Shown one piece after another: positions 25,079 through 39,090 of a stretch of DNA of 64,000 nucleotides. The notes below the pieces were generated by a model. The model searched no databases. It saw nothing but the letters and a program-made list of their open reading frames with translations, and was not told the origin of the DNA. The position numbers and the translations under genes are program-made. Position 1 is the first letter of the stretch, and every line of letters starts with the position of its first letter. Source of the stretch: Leucoraja ocellata (taxonomy: Eukaryota); contig JAWMAR010000277.1 in NCBI GenBank assembly GCA_036785375.1, forward strand, positions 1,612,001-1,676,000, given 5' to 3'.

Positions 25079-25289
25079 ATCTAACATTTTCATTACACAT
25101 TTGACACTGGGGTTGATTCAGTGAACCTTTTAACACTTTACTGATGACATACATGGTAATATAGGTTTTAATATTAAAATTTTGCAAGTAGTCACTTGAG
25201 GTTTATAGGGGATACTGTGAAAAACCTAAAAAAGAAATTAGGAGCAAACTGAACATGATCTCGGCAAGTAAGAGTACGGTGAATCTTAA

Positions 25290-25776
25290 AGGGGCTGTCC
25301 CACTTGGGCGACATAATTGGCGAGTTTAGAAGAGTTTAAAAAAATGACATGTTGAAGACCTCCTTCGACTATGTAAAAGACCTCCTTTGACTATGTTGAA
25401 GACTAGCTTCGACTAGCTACGACTAACTTCGGGAAAATTGGACGCCGAATAGTAGAGAATGAAGAAGACCTCCTTTCGACTATGATGAAGACTATCTACA
25501 ACTAACCTCGATTACCTACGACTAACATGCCGACCTGCTGTGACCTATTACGTTGAAACCTATGAGTAAAAAAAGGATTGATTTTTTCCATGGCGACCTT
25601 TTTTTACTCACGGGCATTTTTTAACATATTGAGAAAAACGCCACGACCTAGCTGAGGCCTCGAGTATGTGGAGACCACTCTTGAGCATGAAGGAGAGTTA
25701 CGAAGACCTCCTACGACCTCGTGTCGACTATGCTGCGAGTATGAGTCGTGGGCAAACTCGCGGATTAGGTCGCCCT
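25290..25776. mobile_element. PIF/Harbinger-like MITE (right TIR partly deleted)
   Basis: TAA|AGGGGCTGTCCCACTTGGGCGAC...GTCGCCCT|TAA; interior rich in short GACCTCCTTCGACT-like repeats. Confidence 0.7.
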
Positions 25777-25779
25777 TAA

Positions 25780-26945
25780 GATGTTTTAAAATATATTAGA
25801 AGGAAAATGTCCTTTCAGGAGAATAGAGCAAGTGAATGAGATCCTAAAATGAAAACCTCATCAGTATTCACCAGGGAAAGAACACAGAAGCTGGAGAGTT
25901 CAGAGAGGTGTATGCTGATATTCTGCAGCACATCTTTAGCAGGAAGGAGGAGGTGCTAGAAACTTTTGAGCACATTACAGTAGAAAATCCCCAGGACCAG
26001 ACAGGATCTATCGGTGAAAAATGTGAAGAGAAGCAAGGGAGGGGATTGCTGGGCCTCTGGTGGAGATTTTTGCATCTACATTTGCATTTTGGAAGGTTAA
26101 ATTCTGGTTGGACATATAACATAAATGCCAGGCACCTTAGAGGTGTTTATATAGAGAGGTGGATAGGACAGTGAAAAGGCATTTGCTATGCTTGAAACCG
26201 AAGCTGTAAGAGTTGAGATATCATGTTGCATTGTCTAAAACGCTGGTTGGGTCACACTATGAGTATTTTGTTGGATTTTGGTCACAACACAAATGGAAGG
26301 ATGCTGTGACAATAGGCTGCGTGCAGGAGAGATTCTATCGTCTCGAAATGAAGGTCTGCAGTTATAAGTACAAATTGGATAGGATGTGTTTATTCACACT
26401 GGAACACAGGAGACGGGTGACTTGAAAGAGGCTTATGGAATTACGATGGGCATGGATAGATAGGATAAATCGTCAGGGCACTGAAGCTTTGAACTCAAGA
26501 GCACTTTTAAGGTGAGAGGGTTGAAGTTTCAAGATCTGAGGGGTAAATGTTTCACAGAAGGCTGAGGAGGCCAAGTCAGTGGATATTTTTAAGGCAGAGA
26601 TAGATATATTCTTGATTAGTACAGGTGTCAGAGGTTATGGGGGGAAGGCAGGAGAATGGGGTTAGGAGGGAGAGATAGATCAGCCATGATTGAATGGTGA
26701 AGTAGACTTGATGGACTAATTGGCCTAATTCTACTCTTATTCCTTATGAGAAATGGTGGTAAATATTTGTAATGATCTGTAGTGGAGACAGATACAAATA
26801 CAACATCTAAAAGGCATTTGGACAGGAATTTGGATAGGAGAGGAATACAGGCGTAACGCAGGCAGATGGGACTAGCATAGATGGGCTTTACAGTCAGAAG
26901 GCTACAAAGGCCTGTTTCAGTGCTGAATATTTTCATGATTCTATG
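25780..26945 (+). mobile_element. Old degenerate CR1 fragments, with a second CR1 tail at about 26560-26750
   Basis: Recognisable CR1 RT C-terminal remnants (KTLVGSHYEYFVGFWSQH) and tails. Confidence 0.6.
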
Positions 26946-27604
26946 ATTTAAAATATTTTAAAACTAAAAAAAAATATTCGGCCACATACTTCAAATCAAA
27001 TACATTGTTGATAGAAATTGTTTAAATTGATAGATTTAAAAACATTACCAATGTTACCATTGAGAAGATAATTTTTGTGAGTGCATGTATAATCTCTTGA
27101 AACTGTAAATAGGCAGTGTGAATCTGCTCAAGCCCTTCCCTTCTCCCAGAAACTACAAGACACAGAATAATAGTTGGTCATTTGAAACTAGGCTCACGGC
27201 AATGTATTAGAATTAAGTCTCCATAAACAGAAGTGCTTTTAGCATAAATGTCCATACAGTATAACTTGTATAAACATAGTCCAACTCTCAACTCACACTA
27301 CCAAAAACATGGCTTCCTGCAGTGAAGTTAGACTCAGTGTGGCATTGTGTTGGTGGTGCTGGTTGGGGGCAGGGGATAATGATATTAAAGTTTTGAAATT
27401 CAATTGAGAGCATTAGTAAGGTTTGTGAACATACTTGGGACGGAGGGTGAGCAACAACAGAGGCCATGTTCTGAGCTGTTTGAGAGGGAGAGAGACCGAG
27501 AGAATGATTTTCTCTCCTGTCTTTGGATATCATTCTGGTTTTTGGAATTGCTCACGAAGCCACAAATAAAGATTTTTTAACAAAAGCAGACAAACTATTG
27601 TGGA

Positions 27605-27885
27605 GGCACAGTGGCGCAGTTGTAGAATTGCTGCCAAAAAGCGCCAGGTTCAATCCTGACTATTGGTGCTGTCTGTACGGAGTTTGTACTTTCTCCTTGT
27701 GACCATGTGGGTTTTCTCCGGGAGCTCCGTTTCCTCCCACATTCCAAAGACAAACAGGTTTGTTGGTCAATTGGCTTTGGTAAATTGTCCATAGTATATA
27801 GGATAGAACTAGTGTATGGGGATCACTGGTTGGCATGGACTCGGTGGGCCAAAGGGCCTGTTTATATGCTGTATCTCAAAACAAA
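27605..27885 (+). mobile_element. HE1-like V-SINE
   Basis: A-box GTGGCGCAGTTGTAG, B-box GGTTCAATCC, conserved central domain, CR1-like tail. Confidence 0.85.
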
Positions 27886-28588
27886 GCATTATTAGGTATC
27901 TCGATTATAATTTGAGGAAGTCTGAGGCCCTGTGTCATGAAGGTCTTCACATTGGAAGTCTGCAGCATATCTGATGGTTGAAAAATTATTTGATAATGAA
28001 TTTAGTAGAATCAAACTTTCAGAGTTGGCAATATGACTTCAACATCCTGTGATCAACCAACATCCTTTTGCATCCTGAATTTACGGGCTCCAGTTTATAT
28101 ATTATGGTTCATTTCTGTGATGTCTTTAGAATAATAAATTAATTTTCAGTGTTTTATGAGGGTGTTAACAATCAGAATTTAGTATTGAACGGTATGTGGA
28201 TATTAGGAAAAGGAATTATAAAATTGGTAGGTGAGTTTTACGGAAAGGCCTGAACAGGGGAGGGAAGAGAGCGCCAGAATTTTTTCAGGGTGGTTTACCA
28301 GTTTCACAAATCATGCAGCTGGACACATAACTGCTCAAGGGATAAGCAAATGAAAATTGTGGATAAACAAGAGACCAGACTTAGAGGAGCTCATGTAGTT
28401 ATACTGATGAAACTGAGAGGAATTGGAACTGCGCATCTGAATTCCGAGCCCAAATTGTTTTTAAATTAGTTGAATCATCCTGGTATTTTTTTCCTTCATC
28501 TGTAAGCCAGAAGATGGCACATTTGACTTGGATACGTAACCGAGGTTGGTCTTCTTTCTACAGCAAAGTAACACATAATACAACTAGC

Positions 28589-28713
28589 CAGTGGCAGACT
28601 GGGTCTAAAAATATTGGTTGCCGGGAGACAAAGGGGCCCACTTCATCAGGGGCCCAGTTGATATAGGGGCCCATGCCATTGGGCAAGCTGACATCCTGGC
28701 CAGTCCGCCACTG
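28589..28713. mobile_element. hAT MITE (125 bp)
   Basis: TIRs CAGTGGCAGACTGG/CCAGTCCGCCACTG; perfect 8-bp TSD CAACTAGC at 28581-28588 and 28714-28721. Confidence 0.88.
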
Positions 28714-29794
28714 CAACTAGCCATACATACACATTATCTATCATGTTCCCTAATATAGCACGATCAATTACCTTGTCAGTTTACCAATTATGAAGATATT
28801 TAGTACTTTCTGAGACTACTAAGTTGTGGCATTTAATGTTTCCATGTTTTGTTTCTTTATTAGTGAGGTAAATGTTTCACCATCAATTAATAATATATTG
28901 ATGATGCAAGCTTTGGTGTTGTTTAATTATATGCAAAGAATCACATTGATTCTTCCCTGCAATTCATTTTTGTGCATTTCATGGAATAGTTAGAGTTTAA
29001 ATTACTAGCTGGCCGGTACAGAAATATTCGTAGAATTATACAGAGACAGGAACTTTGGCCCACAAGGTTTGCTGGGACCATAAAGTATCCAGTTACATTT
29101 GTCCTATTTGACTCTCCTGTCTGTATACCCATCAACTACCCCTTCCCTCCACAGATTCTTCCACTCACCTATATACTCTTTTCAGTGGCCAATTAACCTA
29201 CAAACCAGCACCTCTTTTGGATTCAGTTGTCAGCATTTGAGTTGACAAAGGAAACAAAAAGTAAATTCTGGATACAGAGTTTCAAAACCTTCTGGATGAG
29301 CATTTATCAAAAAGAAACTGATGGGAAAAATATCATGAACCACGGGGGAAAAAACATCTTATTTTCCTTAAAGTCAGGAAATTACACGACTATTTTAATA
29401 GCTCTTCCCAATCCTTATGCAGACAAAGACTGCTGTGAATGGCTGTCACACAGTCCTCAACAATAACTGGGACCTGGTTAGAATGAGGGTTGAAGTAGGG
29501 AGTGTGGGGAAAACTGAAGATACTAGGCTCTGGTTTCCGATGTCAAACAAGACATGGATGCATAAAAAGAGATAAGAAATTGTACCTGAGCTCTTCCTCC
29601 TTAAAATGATTCTGTTTATTATACCATGATGAAAGATTAGTTGCGACTTTATCGAGCATGTTTGTTTCAAAGGACAAAGATGAATTTAATGCATTAACAT
29701 TTTCACAAGAGCATGAAATGTAATATACTTAATCATATGAAAAACTATGTTTTTAATTAACATGATTTGTGAAACTATCTACCCATCTCCCTAG

Positions 29795-29857
29795 GGTTGC
29801 ATCCAGAACTCAGTTGTTTGAAAATATTGGCACTCCTAAACTAAATTCTTCTAGATG
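29795..29857 (+). CDS. ARHGAP42: ARHGAP42-like exon (pre-SH3)
   Basis: ctAG/GTAAGA; VASRTQLFENIGTPKLNSSR(C), cf. recalled ARHGAP42 VAAKAQLFENVGSPKP. Confidence 0.9.
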
Positions 29858-30514
29858 GTAAGACCACTTTGTTTTCAGTCTATATTTTCTCCATTTTAAT
29901 GGTATTTAAACTTTATCATTGAACTAAGTTATTGTTGTCATTATTCATGAACATTAATTGAGACTGCTCAGCCTTAGAAACCTGCTTCACCATTCAGTAA
30001 AAGGTGTAGGAAGGAACTTCAGATGTTGGTTTCAACCAAAGATAGACACAAAATGCTGGAGAAACTCAGTGGGACATTTTCCCTCTGTGCCATCATCCCA
30101 AAATAGATTGGATTTAAAGATGCATCTTACTATCACTGCTCTTTGATTGACAATGTTGTTCATCTTTGTTCCATTCATGGATGAGTGTATGGAACAAGCT
30201 GCCAGACTATCCCATCGTTTAAGAAACAGTTAGACAGGTACATGGATAGGACAGGTTTGGAGGGATATGGACCAAGCGCAGACAAGTGTAGTGGGACTAG
30301 TGTAGCTGGGACATTGTTGGCCGGAGTGGGCAAGTTGGAATGTAGGGACTGTTTCCACACTGTATCACTTTATGAGTGGCAATTCTGCTGATTACATAGT
30401 GGGAAGAAAGAGACAATTATCTTTGCTCCCCCAACAGGAGCTTTATTTTCCAGTTAATGGCTCTATCCATCCCTCTGGTCATGACCAAGGCTGAACTAAC
30501 TTGTCCAAAACTTT

Positions 30515-30704
30515 GTGTAGGAAGGAACTGCAGATACTGGTATAAACTGAAGATAATTGCAAAATGCTGGATTAACTCAGAGGGACAGGTAGCATCTCTG
30601 GAGAGAAGGAATGGGTGACGTTTCGGGTCGAGAAACAGTTAGACAGTTAATGGTTATGGAAGAAGGGTCTGAAGTCTGAAGAAGGATCTCGACCCGAAAC
30701 GTCA
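30515..30704. mobile_element. Penelope-like terminal repeat, rearranged inverted pair
   Basis: Minus copy 30515-30632; plus-strand CTGAAGAAGGATCTCGACCCGAAACGTC at 30676-30703. Confidence 0.75.
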
Positions 30705-31267
30705 TTTAGTAAGATAATAATGGGTATCTGATAGTAAATTCAATTCCACATTCCTGCTTACCCCTACAAATCTATCTCGCTCTACCACCTTTGAGGAAGA
30801 ACCCACAAAGACCCATAACCCTCTGAGGGAAAAATATGATCACCTCATCTCTGGTTTAAATTAATGAGCTCTTATTTTTAAACAATGAAATCGGTTTCTA
30901 GATTTTCCCACATGCTTGAGTTTAATTTGATTGTATTTATATTTAGTATTATCTGACTTGATTGGACAGCGTACAGAACAAAAATTTTCGTTGTACCTCT
31001 GTACAGGTGACAATGATAAACCTAAACCTAAGGAGGGGGAGACATCATCTCCATAAACACTTTGTTAAGAATTCCCATGCTGGTAGTGTTTCAGTCAAGT
31101 CCTTCTCACTCTTCTAAACATCTAAGCCTCACCTGTCCAACCTGTTATAAAATATTCTATAAATTCCTGACATCAGGAGTCTTTTCAGGAATGAAGTGGT
31201 TCCTATGAGCTTCCAGACACTATTCCCATGTACAATGACAGGCCTGTTAAATTGTTCTTTACTAAGT

Positions 31268-31563
31268 GGCATGGTGACGCACCAGTAGAGTAGCTGCCTT
31301 TCAGCAGCAGGGACCCGGGTTCAATCCCAACTACGGGTGCTGTCTGTAAGGAGTTTGTACGTTCTCCCCGTGACTTTTCTTTGGGAGCTCCGGTTTCCCC
31401 CCACACTCCAAAGACGTACTGGTTTGTAGGTTAATTGGCTTGGTATAAATGCAAATTTCCCCTCGTGTGTGTAGGAGTGTTAGTGTACAGCGATCGCTGG
31501 TCAGGGTGGACTCATTGGGCCAAAGGGCCTTTTTCTGCACTGTATCTCTAAACTAAACTAAAC
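31268..31563 (+). mobile_element. HE1-like V-SINE
   Basis: tRNA-like head, V-domain, (CTAAA)n tail. Confidence 0.85.
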
Positions 31564-31944
31564 CAAGTTCTAATGATGTTATCGAGCTCCTCCAGCTTTC
31601 ATGCAGGTCTCAAAGCCCATCAAAAACAGATTATATGACTTCTAACGTGTTTCTTTATTTAGTATTGTTAGACTACAAAACTGGAGATGCTTTTCAAGGA
31701 TCTCCTACAGTCTAATTTTCTGTTGGAAATATTTACATTATTTTGCTTGTAAAGTTATAAGCACCGGATACTTCAGGATTAATAGATTTATAATATTAAT
31801 AGAATAGATGAAGTAGATTTGAAGCAGATGAATCAGATCATTGGGATAGCAGCCGTTACACAGCAACCCAAAACTTCACCTGCTCCACTAATTCATAACT
31901 CAATCGGTTGAAATACTGGCACAGGAATTCACTTGAGATGGTTC

Positions 31945-32770
31945 ATAGAAACATAGAAATTAGGTGCAGGAGTAGGCCATTCGGCCCTTCGAGCCTGCAC
32001 CGCCATTCAATATGATCATGGCTGATCATCCAACTCAGTATCCCGTACCTGCCTTCTCTCCATACCCCCTGATCCCCTTAGCCACAAGGGCCACATCTAA
32101 CTCCCTCTTAAATATAGCCAATGAACTGGCCTCAACTACCCTCTGTGGCAGAGAGTTCCAGAGATTCACCACTCTCTGTGTGAAAAAAGTTCTTCTCATC
32201 TCGGTTTTAAAGGATTTCCCCCTTATCCTTAAGCTGTGACCCCTTGTCCTGGACTTCCCCAACATCGGGAACAATCTTCCTGCATCTAGCCTGTCCAACC
32301 CCTTAAGAATTTTGTAAGTTTCTATAAGATCCCCTCTCAATCTTCTAAATTCTAGAGAGTATAAACCAAGTCTATCCAGTCTTTCTTCATAAGACAGTCC
32401 TGACATCCCAGGAATCAGTCTGGTGAACCTTCTCTGCACTCCCTCTATGGCAATAATGTCCTTCCTCAGATTTGGAGACCAAAACTGTACGCAATACTCC
32501 AGGTGTGGTCTCACCAAGACCCTGTACAACTGCAGTAGAACCTCACTGCTCCTATACTCAAATCCTTTTGCAATGAAAGCTAACATACCATTCGCTTTCT
32601 TTACTGCCTGCTGCACCTGCATGCCTACCTTCAATGACTGGTGTACCATGACACCCAGGTCTCGCTGCATCTCCCCCTTTCCCAATCGGCCACCATTTAG
32701 ATAATAGTCTGCTTTCCCGTTTTTGCCACCAAAATGGATAACCTCACATTTATCCACATTATACTGCATT
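31945..32770 (-). mobile_element. Young 5'-truncated CR1 LINE
   Basis: Uninterrupted 244-aa ORF2 C-terminus (VRPHLEYCVQFWSP...RTRGHSL...FFTQRVVNLWN) plus (TTTCTATG)n tail. Confidence 0.92.
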
Positions 32771-32929
32771 CATGAGGTGAATTACAACATTTTCATGCAT
32801 GATTTCAGGAAACACTGATGTTCTAAGCATTTTGCAATGTCTGAAAAATTACACCTGTACAATGAAAGAAAGACATTTGGCACAATGAACGACGTCACTC
32901 GTTGTACAGTGTTAATTTAGGATGTTTAA

Positions 32930-33745
32930 ACACTTTAGGCAACTGGTTTGGTGAGCACCTGCTCTCTGTCTGCCATGGCCACCTGGAGCTCCAAGTTGCC
33001 AGAAATCTCGATTCTCTTTCCTTTCCCATGCTCAGCTGTTTGTCTTTGGCCTTCTTCAGTGTCAGGGTGAGACCAAATGTGAACATGAGGAACAGCACCT
33101 CTTATTCCTCTTCAGCAGACTACAACCTGACTACATGAACATTAAATTCAGTAATTCCAGCTAACTTGCCCTTGCTCCTCTATCTACCCAAATCCTCCCA
33201 CTCACACCCTTCTTTCTCATAACACCCTGCTCCCTCTCAGCCATTTTTCTCCCACACACCGCCCCCAATTAGTACTTCTTCCCCCCAATTCCCATCTGCA
33301 CACGTAAGTCTCGACCCAAAACATCACCCATTCCTTTACTCCAGCATTTTGTGTCTATCTTTGTGTGTGGATCAGCATCTGCAGTTCCTTCCTACACACT
33401 CTGTTTTTTGGTCCCATGCTCCATCTTCCTTTCCCATCAGATTTTATTATCTGTAGCCCCTGGTTACCTCCAGCAATCATTTCCCAACCTCAGCGGTTAG
33501 CTCAACCCCTCTTCCCCTCCTTCCTCTAATCCATCTCTCCTCACCTGGATCCATCTATTGCATGCCAGCTCTTGCCACACCCCTCATCACATCTTCATAC
33601 TAGTTATCTCCTCTCCACTAACCCAGATGAAAGGTCTCAACCCGAAACATCAACTGTCGATTCCCCTCCACAGATGTTGCCCGACTCGCTCACCTTCCTC
33701 TGCATTTTTCTTCGCACTCCGGTTTACATCATCTGCAGTATTATA
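32930..33745 (+). mobile_element. Degenerate Penelope-like 3' end with nested terminal repeat
   Basis: WFGEHLLSV and EEQHLLF (GIY-YIG C-terminus, cf. 9360-9480); terminal-repeat remnants at about 33305-33400 and 33625-33745. Confidence 0.6.
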
Positions 33746-34083
33746 TGCCTCCTGCTTTCTGTAGACCTCTGCTTATAGTCCTGACCTCCATGGTGGGGCA
33801 GAATTCACTCTGGGGCTCTATGGCATCTTGAAGTCCTGTGCTACTGTGCTTTTTGCAGCTGAAAGCTTGCGTCCAAATTCACCAAAAGCAGCTACAATAT
33901 AGCTTCAATGCTGTCAACATGATGAAGATGTTACTTTTGGATGTCACTTTGATCCAACTGAGGTGTCTGGATACTGACTTTTGCTTGAGAGAAAGAAAGA
34001 GAGCAATAATGCTTAAAAATTAAGACCTGTATAGAAGAGGAACCTACATTTAATGTTGGTCCATTTAAGGTTAACCCATCATC

Positions 34084-34179
34084 AGTCTGAAGAAGGGTTT
34101 CGGCCCAAAACATTGCCTATTTCCTTCGCTCCATAGATGCTGCTGCACCCTCTGAGTTTCTCCAGCACTTTTGTCTACC
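34084..34179 (+). mobile_element. Penelope-like terminal repeat copy
   Basis: ctgaagaagggtttcggcccaaaac...; flanking duplication TTTAATGTTGGTC at 34049-34061 and 34180-34192. Confidence 0.75.
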
Positions 34180-34547
34180 TTTAATGTTGGTCTTCAGTTA
34201 GTTACATAAACACACCTGTAAAACAATTAAAGAAACAAAATCTAATGCTGCATTATAGTGGTGTTCAGGAGATGATAAAGCATCACCATTGTTTTAAGCA
34301 GCGAGTCACGAGGTATTGCATTGTCCTCCCACTACTTAGAAACAGTCAACAATTGTTTTGACAACTCAAAGCTTCGCTGACTGAAGAACAGTGTCCATCT
34401 GTATATTCATTCCAGGTCACTGATGCAATACGAGATAGATCGTAATAATATTTGATCACAGTAACAGGTAATTTAAATGTTAAACAAAATTGGACTGAAA
34501 TGTTTGTAACCTTATTATACACAGATGTTTAAAATAGTTACCATGAC

Positions 34548-34678
34548 GTCTGAAGAAGGGTCTCAACCCAAAACGTCACCCATTCCTTCTCTCCAGAGAT
34601 GCTGCCTGTCCCGCTGAGTTACTCCAGCATTTTGTGTCAATTGTTTGTTTAAACAGCATCTACAGTTCCTCCCTACAC
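34548..34678 (+). mobile_element. Penelope-like terminal repeat copy
   Basis: ctgaagaagggtctcaacccaaaacgtcacc...cagttcctccctacaca. Confidence 0.8.
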
Positions 34679-34799
34679 AAATAATGCCCAATGTACATTG
34701 TGAAATATTTCTCTGATAACTATCTGATTAACTTTTTTGCTATGAAATAGTTTACTAGTAATTAAATGATATGTTTTATGGTAACTGTCTTTGAAACAG

Positions 34800-34879
34800 C
34801 CATGCCAAAGCCATGTATGCCTGCAAAGCGGAGCACAGCCATGAGCTCTCTTTCCCACAGGGGGCAGTGTTCACTAATG
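34800..34879 (+). CDS. ARHGAP42: ARHGAP42-like exon (SH3 N-half)
   Basis: acAG/GTAAGT; [26 protein letters not shown](V). Confidence 0.95.
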
Positions 34880-35345
34880 GTAAGTCTTAAGATTATTTAT
34901 AAAAGTTTTTGTCATGAAAGTCAAAATATCAAATAAAGTGCTGTGTCATTAACTGTTCAAATATGAATTTGTTATTAGATAGTGCTTTGCAGTTGTTATA
35001 TCTTCAAAAACATGGTGTGTTTTGGAATTACGATGTTAACTTGCTGATTTGGCCTTCACATACAAGGATGAATTTGTATCATCCCATTAGAAGTGGAACT
35101 GTAATTGGTTGTCGAGTTGGATATTCATCATTATAAACTATTTTGTTCATATGACCCTCTGTTGAGTGAAAGGTTTGTGTCCAAACCAGTCTATTTTGCT
35201 ACCACCATCAGTTTTCTCTGCTGCCCATTGGGAAAATGGTCATTTTTAACATTTATTGGTTATTTGGTTTATTTATTTAGTTATGTTGCAGAAAGGTTTA
35301 CTGATGAAAGTTTGCAAATTTATCAATATCAGGCGAAAGTACTAA

Positions 35346-35777
35346 AGGGCCTGTCCCACTTAGGCTATTTTTTTAGGTGACTACAGGCGACTAGGCTGCC
35401 GCCACATGGTCGCCGGGGTGTCGCCTGTGTGGTCATGAGTCGTCTCCTCAGTCGCCCAAAGAGTCGTAGCGTCTTTCTGGTCACCGCTGGATTTTCAACA
35501 AGCGGGTTTGATGCAAATGAACGTAGCTTGATTTCTCCTGACGTAGGTGCTGTCGTAGTTGTTGGTTAACGTAGGTTGTCGCCAGGTTAACGTAGGTTGT
35601 CGCCAGGTGACGTAGGTTGCCACGGTGCTGACTTCGTTTTTTTGTTGTTGTTAAAGTAATGATTCTATTTCAAATTTTATGTCGAAGGGCGGTCCAGTCG
35701 CCAGTTTTTTGGCAACCTGCTACGACTATGACAGTCGCCGGCAGTCGCCTAAAAATAGCCTAAGTAGGACAGGCCCT
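35346..35777. mobile_element. PIF/Harbinger-like MITE
   Basis: TAA|AGGGCCTGTCCCACTTAGGCTA...TAGCCTAAGTAGGACAGGCCCT|TAA; internal 21-bp tandem repeat at about 35565-35620. Confidence 0.85.
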
Positions 35778-37475
35778 TAAGTCATCAATGTTACTTTACT
35801 AATGTTGATGCCACTTGCATTGAGAAAACTGCTGGTTCAGTGTTAGTGCACTGCTTTTCCCTAGTCTAATGTTGCGGGTGTATTTTATGTTCCCAATGAA
35901 TTTTCAGTGTGTAATCTTACTGGATCCCCCCCCCCCCCCCATCACATCAACGTGGCAAGTGTAGTGTGGCACAACATCTGACTGTATAACCACCTGCGCT
36001 AACTCAACAATGATGAGACTTGGTGATGATCACACACACACAGACACACAAACTTCATTAAATTATGTAAAGGTTCTACTCTCCTTTCAACCGGTTACTT
36101 TCACCCATTTCAATGAGCCTGGAGTGACGGGAGTAAAGAATGGACTCAGTCCTAGAGCTCGTGCCCATGAATAGATTGGTAGCAGGAATCTGAGACGGCA
36201 CATCTGAAAATCTTAGTTGAAGATTCAACCCACTGTAACACTATGCTTAGTGAGAAAGCATTCAAGCCCACATTCTCCAGCCACAAGAAAACCTTACAAT
36301 ACAATACGAGACTCCTAAATATTACTAGCTTTAGTTCAGATCGGGAATCCACTGTAAGCCAAGAAACAATGTTCCACAAATTATTTTGTGGTCTATGAGT
36401 ATTTTGCCAGTTTGCAGAATGGTGTTATTCTTGACTCACAAGTGCAGGAAGGCCTAGTCTACAGCGACCAAAGTCCAACATTGCAGTGACCACAGCTCAT
36501 TTCATTTTGCTGCAGATAGAGCAGTTGTACTCTACACATGTATTGTTTTAAGTGGATTCCATCATAGAAGCAGAGTTAGAATGAAGCAAAGATTCTGAAA
36601 TAGTGGAAAAATTATTAAAGTACAAAGACAGAATAACCGCATGGGGCAGGGTTGATAGTATGTGACAGCATCTCTAGGAAAGGCATGCAAGAGACTCCAG
36701 GTGCTATCAGACTCCTGAAACAGTGCAGAACAAGCTGTTCATCCAAGGTTTCAAACTCTCGTATCTTCTTCCAGAGGGAGAAAAGAGCAAGTAGGCACAT
36801 TGCTTCTGACAACAGTTCTACTTCTACATGGGTGCATGTAGCACACAGCTACAAGATATCTTTGTGCCTTGCCCCGTCCTTGCGCTATTACACAGTGCTG
36901 CATTGCTCTTGAACAGTATGGTTTCTGCAGGTTTATCAGTGAAGCAGATTCCAAATACACTTGGAGGACAATGTTGAGTACCAGTGGATCTGGCTGTCAA
37001 GTTTCACCAACTTGGTCGTGTAGAGTTTTTAGTTGATGAGCAACCACATCAGTTGATGAACAAAGGGCATCAGTGGAGTGGGAGGGGAGAGAGGACATAT
37101 CCTGGGAGAAATAACTTGTGGGCTGGTGTTGCCTGGAGCCATGCCATGCTCGGGATGGAGCCATCGTGACCTCTGTAGCCAGTTGGAGGAGGAAATTTCA
37201 ACTCCCAGAACATTGATATTTGGACACTGACCTATCGCGGCATTGAAATATCCTTGCAAGGCCACAGGGGTCTGAGCTTCCTCTGGCGCTGCAATGGGTG
37301 CTAAGGTGCCATTACCAGATACTTCGGTTGATTCTACATTTAGGTTGATAGAGCTAACCACCACTTTCACATCACAAACCCTGTATGGGGTTGGAGTAGG
37401 ACATCTCCATGTTCTTGATATTCAATGCAATTTATCTATCAAATTCTCCATACATTAAATGTTTCGTGGCATATA

Positions 37476-39090
37476 CAGTGCATTCAGAAAGTATTCAGAC
37501 CCCTTCACTTTTTCCACATTTTGTTACGTAACAGCCTTAATCCAAAATTGATTAAATTCATTTGTTTTAATCATCAATCTACACACAATACCCCATAATA
37601 AAAAAGTGAAAACGGGTATTTAGAATTTTTTGCAAAGTAATTAAAAATAAATAACTGAAATATCATATTTACATAAATATTCAGACACTTTACTCAGTAC
37701 TTTGTGAGGCACCTTTGGCAGCAATTACAGCCTCAAGTCTTCTTGGATATGACGCTAGAAGCTTGGCACACCTGTATTTGGGAAATTTCTCCCTTTCTTC
37801 CCTGCAGATCCTCTCAAGCTCTGTCAGGTTGGATGGGGAGCATCGATGCACAGCTATTTTCAGGTCCCTCCAGAGATGTTCTATCGGGTTCAAGTCCGGG
37901 CTCTGGCTGGGCCACTCAAGGACATTCACTGACTTGTCACAAAGCCGCTCCTGTGTTGTCGTGGCTGTGTGCTTAGGGTCATTGTCCTGTTGGAAGGTGA
38001 ACCTCTGCCCCAGTCTGAGGTCCAGAACGCTCTGGAGCTGGTTTTCATCAAGGATCTCTCTGTACTTTGCTCCGTTCTTCTTTCCCTCGATCCTGACTAG
38101 TCTCCCAGTTCTTGCGGCTGAAAAACATCCCCACAGCATGATGCTGCCACCACCATGCTTCACTGTAGATATGGTATTGGCCAGGTGATGAGCGGTGCCT
38201 GGTTTCCTCCAGATATGACGCTTGGCATTCAGGCCAAAGAGTTTAATCTTGGTTTCATCAGATCAGAGAATCTTGTTAGAATAGGTGCCTTTTGGCGAAC
38301 TCCAAGCGGGCTGTCATGTGCCTTTTATTGAGGAGTGGCTTCCGTCTGGCCACTCTACCATAAAGGCCTGATTGGTAGAGTGCTGTAGATGTAGTTGTCC
38401 TTCTGGAAGGTTCTGCCATCTCCACAAAGGAACTGGAGCTCTGTCAGAGTGACCATCCGATTCTTGGTCACCTCCCTGACCAAGGCCCTTCTCCCCCGAT
38501 AGCTCAGTTTGGCCAGGCAGCCAGCTCTATGAAGAGTCCTGGTGGTTCCAAAGTTCTTCCATTTAAGAATGACGGAGGCCACTGTGCTCTTCGGGACCTG
38601 CAATGCTGCAGAAATTGTTTTATACCCTTCCCCAGATCTGTGTCTCGACACAATCCTGTCTCAGGTCTACGGACGATTCCTTTGTCTTCATGGCTTGGTT
38701 TTTGCTCTGACATGCACTGTCAACTGTGGGATCTTATATAGACAGGTGTGTGCCTTTCCAAATCATGTGCAATCAATTTAATTTATCACTGGTGGAGTCC
38801 AGTCAAGTTGTAGAAACATCTTAAAGATAATCATTGGAAACAGGATGCACCGAAGCTCAATTTTGAGTGTCATAGCAAAGGGTCTGAATACTTATGTAAA
38901 TGTGGTATTTCAGTTATTTCTTTTTAATTACTTTGCAAAAATGTCTAAATACCTGTTTTCACTTCTTCATTTTGGGGCATTGTGTGCAGATTGATGATAA
39001 AAAAATGAATTTAATCCATTTTAGAATAAGGCTGTAACGTAACAAAATGTGGAAAAAGTGAAGGGGCCTGAATACTTTCTGAATGCACTG
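37476..39090 (-). mobile_element. Full-length Tc1 (IR/DR-type) DNA transposon
   Basis: TA|CAGTGCATTCAGAAAGTATTCAG...CTGAATACTTTCTGAATGCACTG|TA; ~215-bp TIRs with an internal TATTCAGAC direct repeat. Confidence 0.95.
37694..38691 (-). pseudogene. Disrupted Tc1 transposase
   Basis: MKTKE...RHRSGEGYKTIS (HTH); KIL*SDET (first catalytic D, with stop); KHGGGSIMLWGCF; FQQDNDPKH; WPSQSPDLNPIEHLW; frameshifts. Confidence 0.9.

Noticed and set aside
27605-27680. tRNA-like A/B boxes (also at 31268, 44195, 60760-60836)
   Set aside because: SINE heads; no complete cloverleaf, and they continue into the V-SINE body
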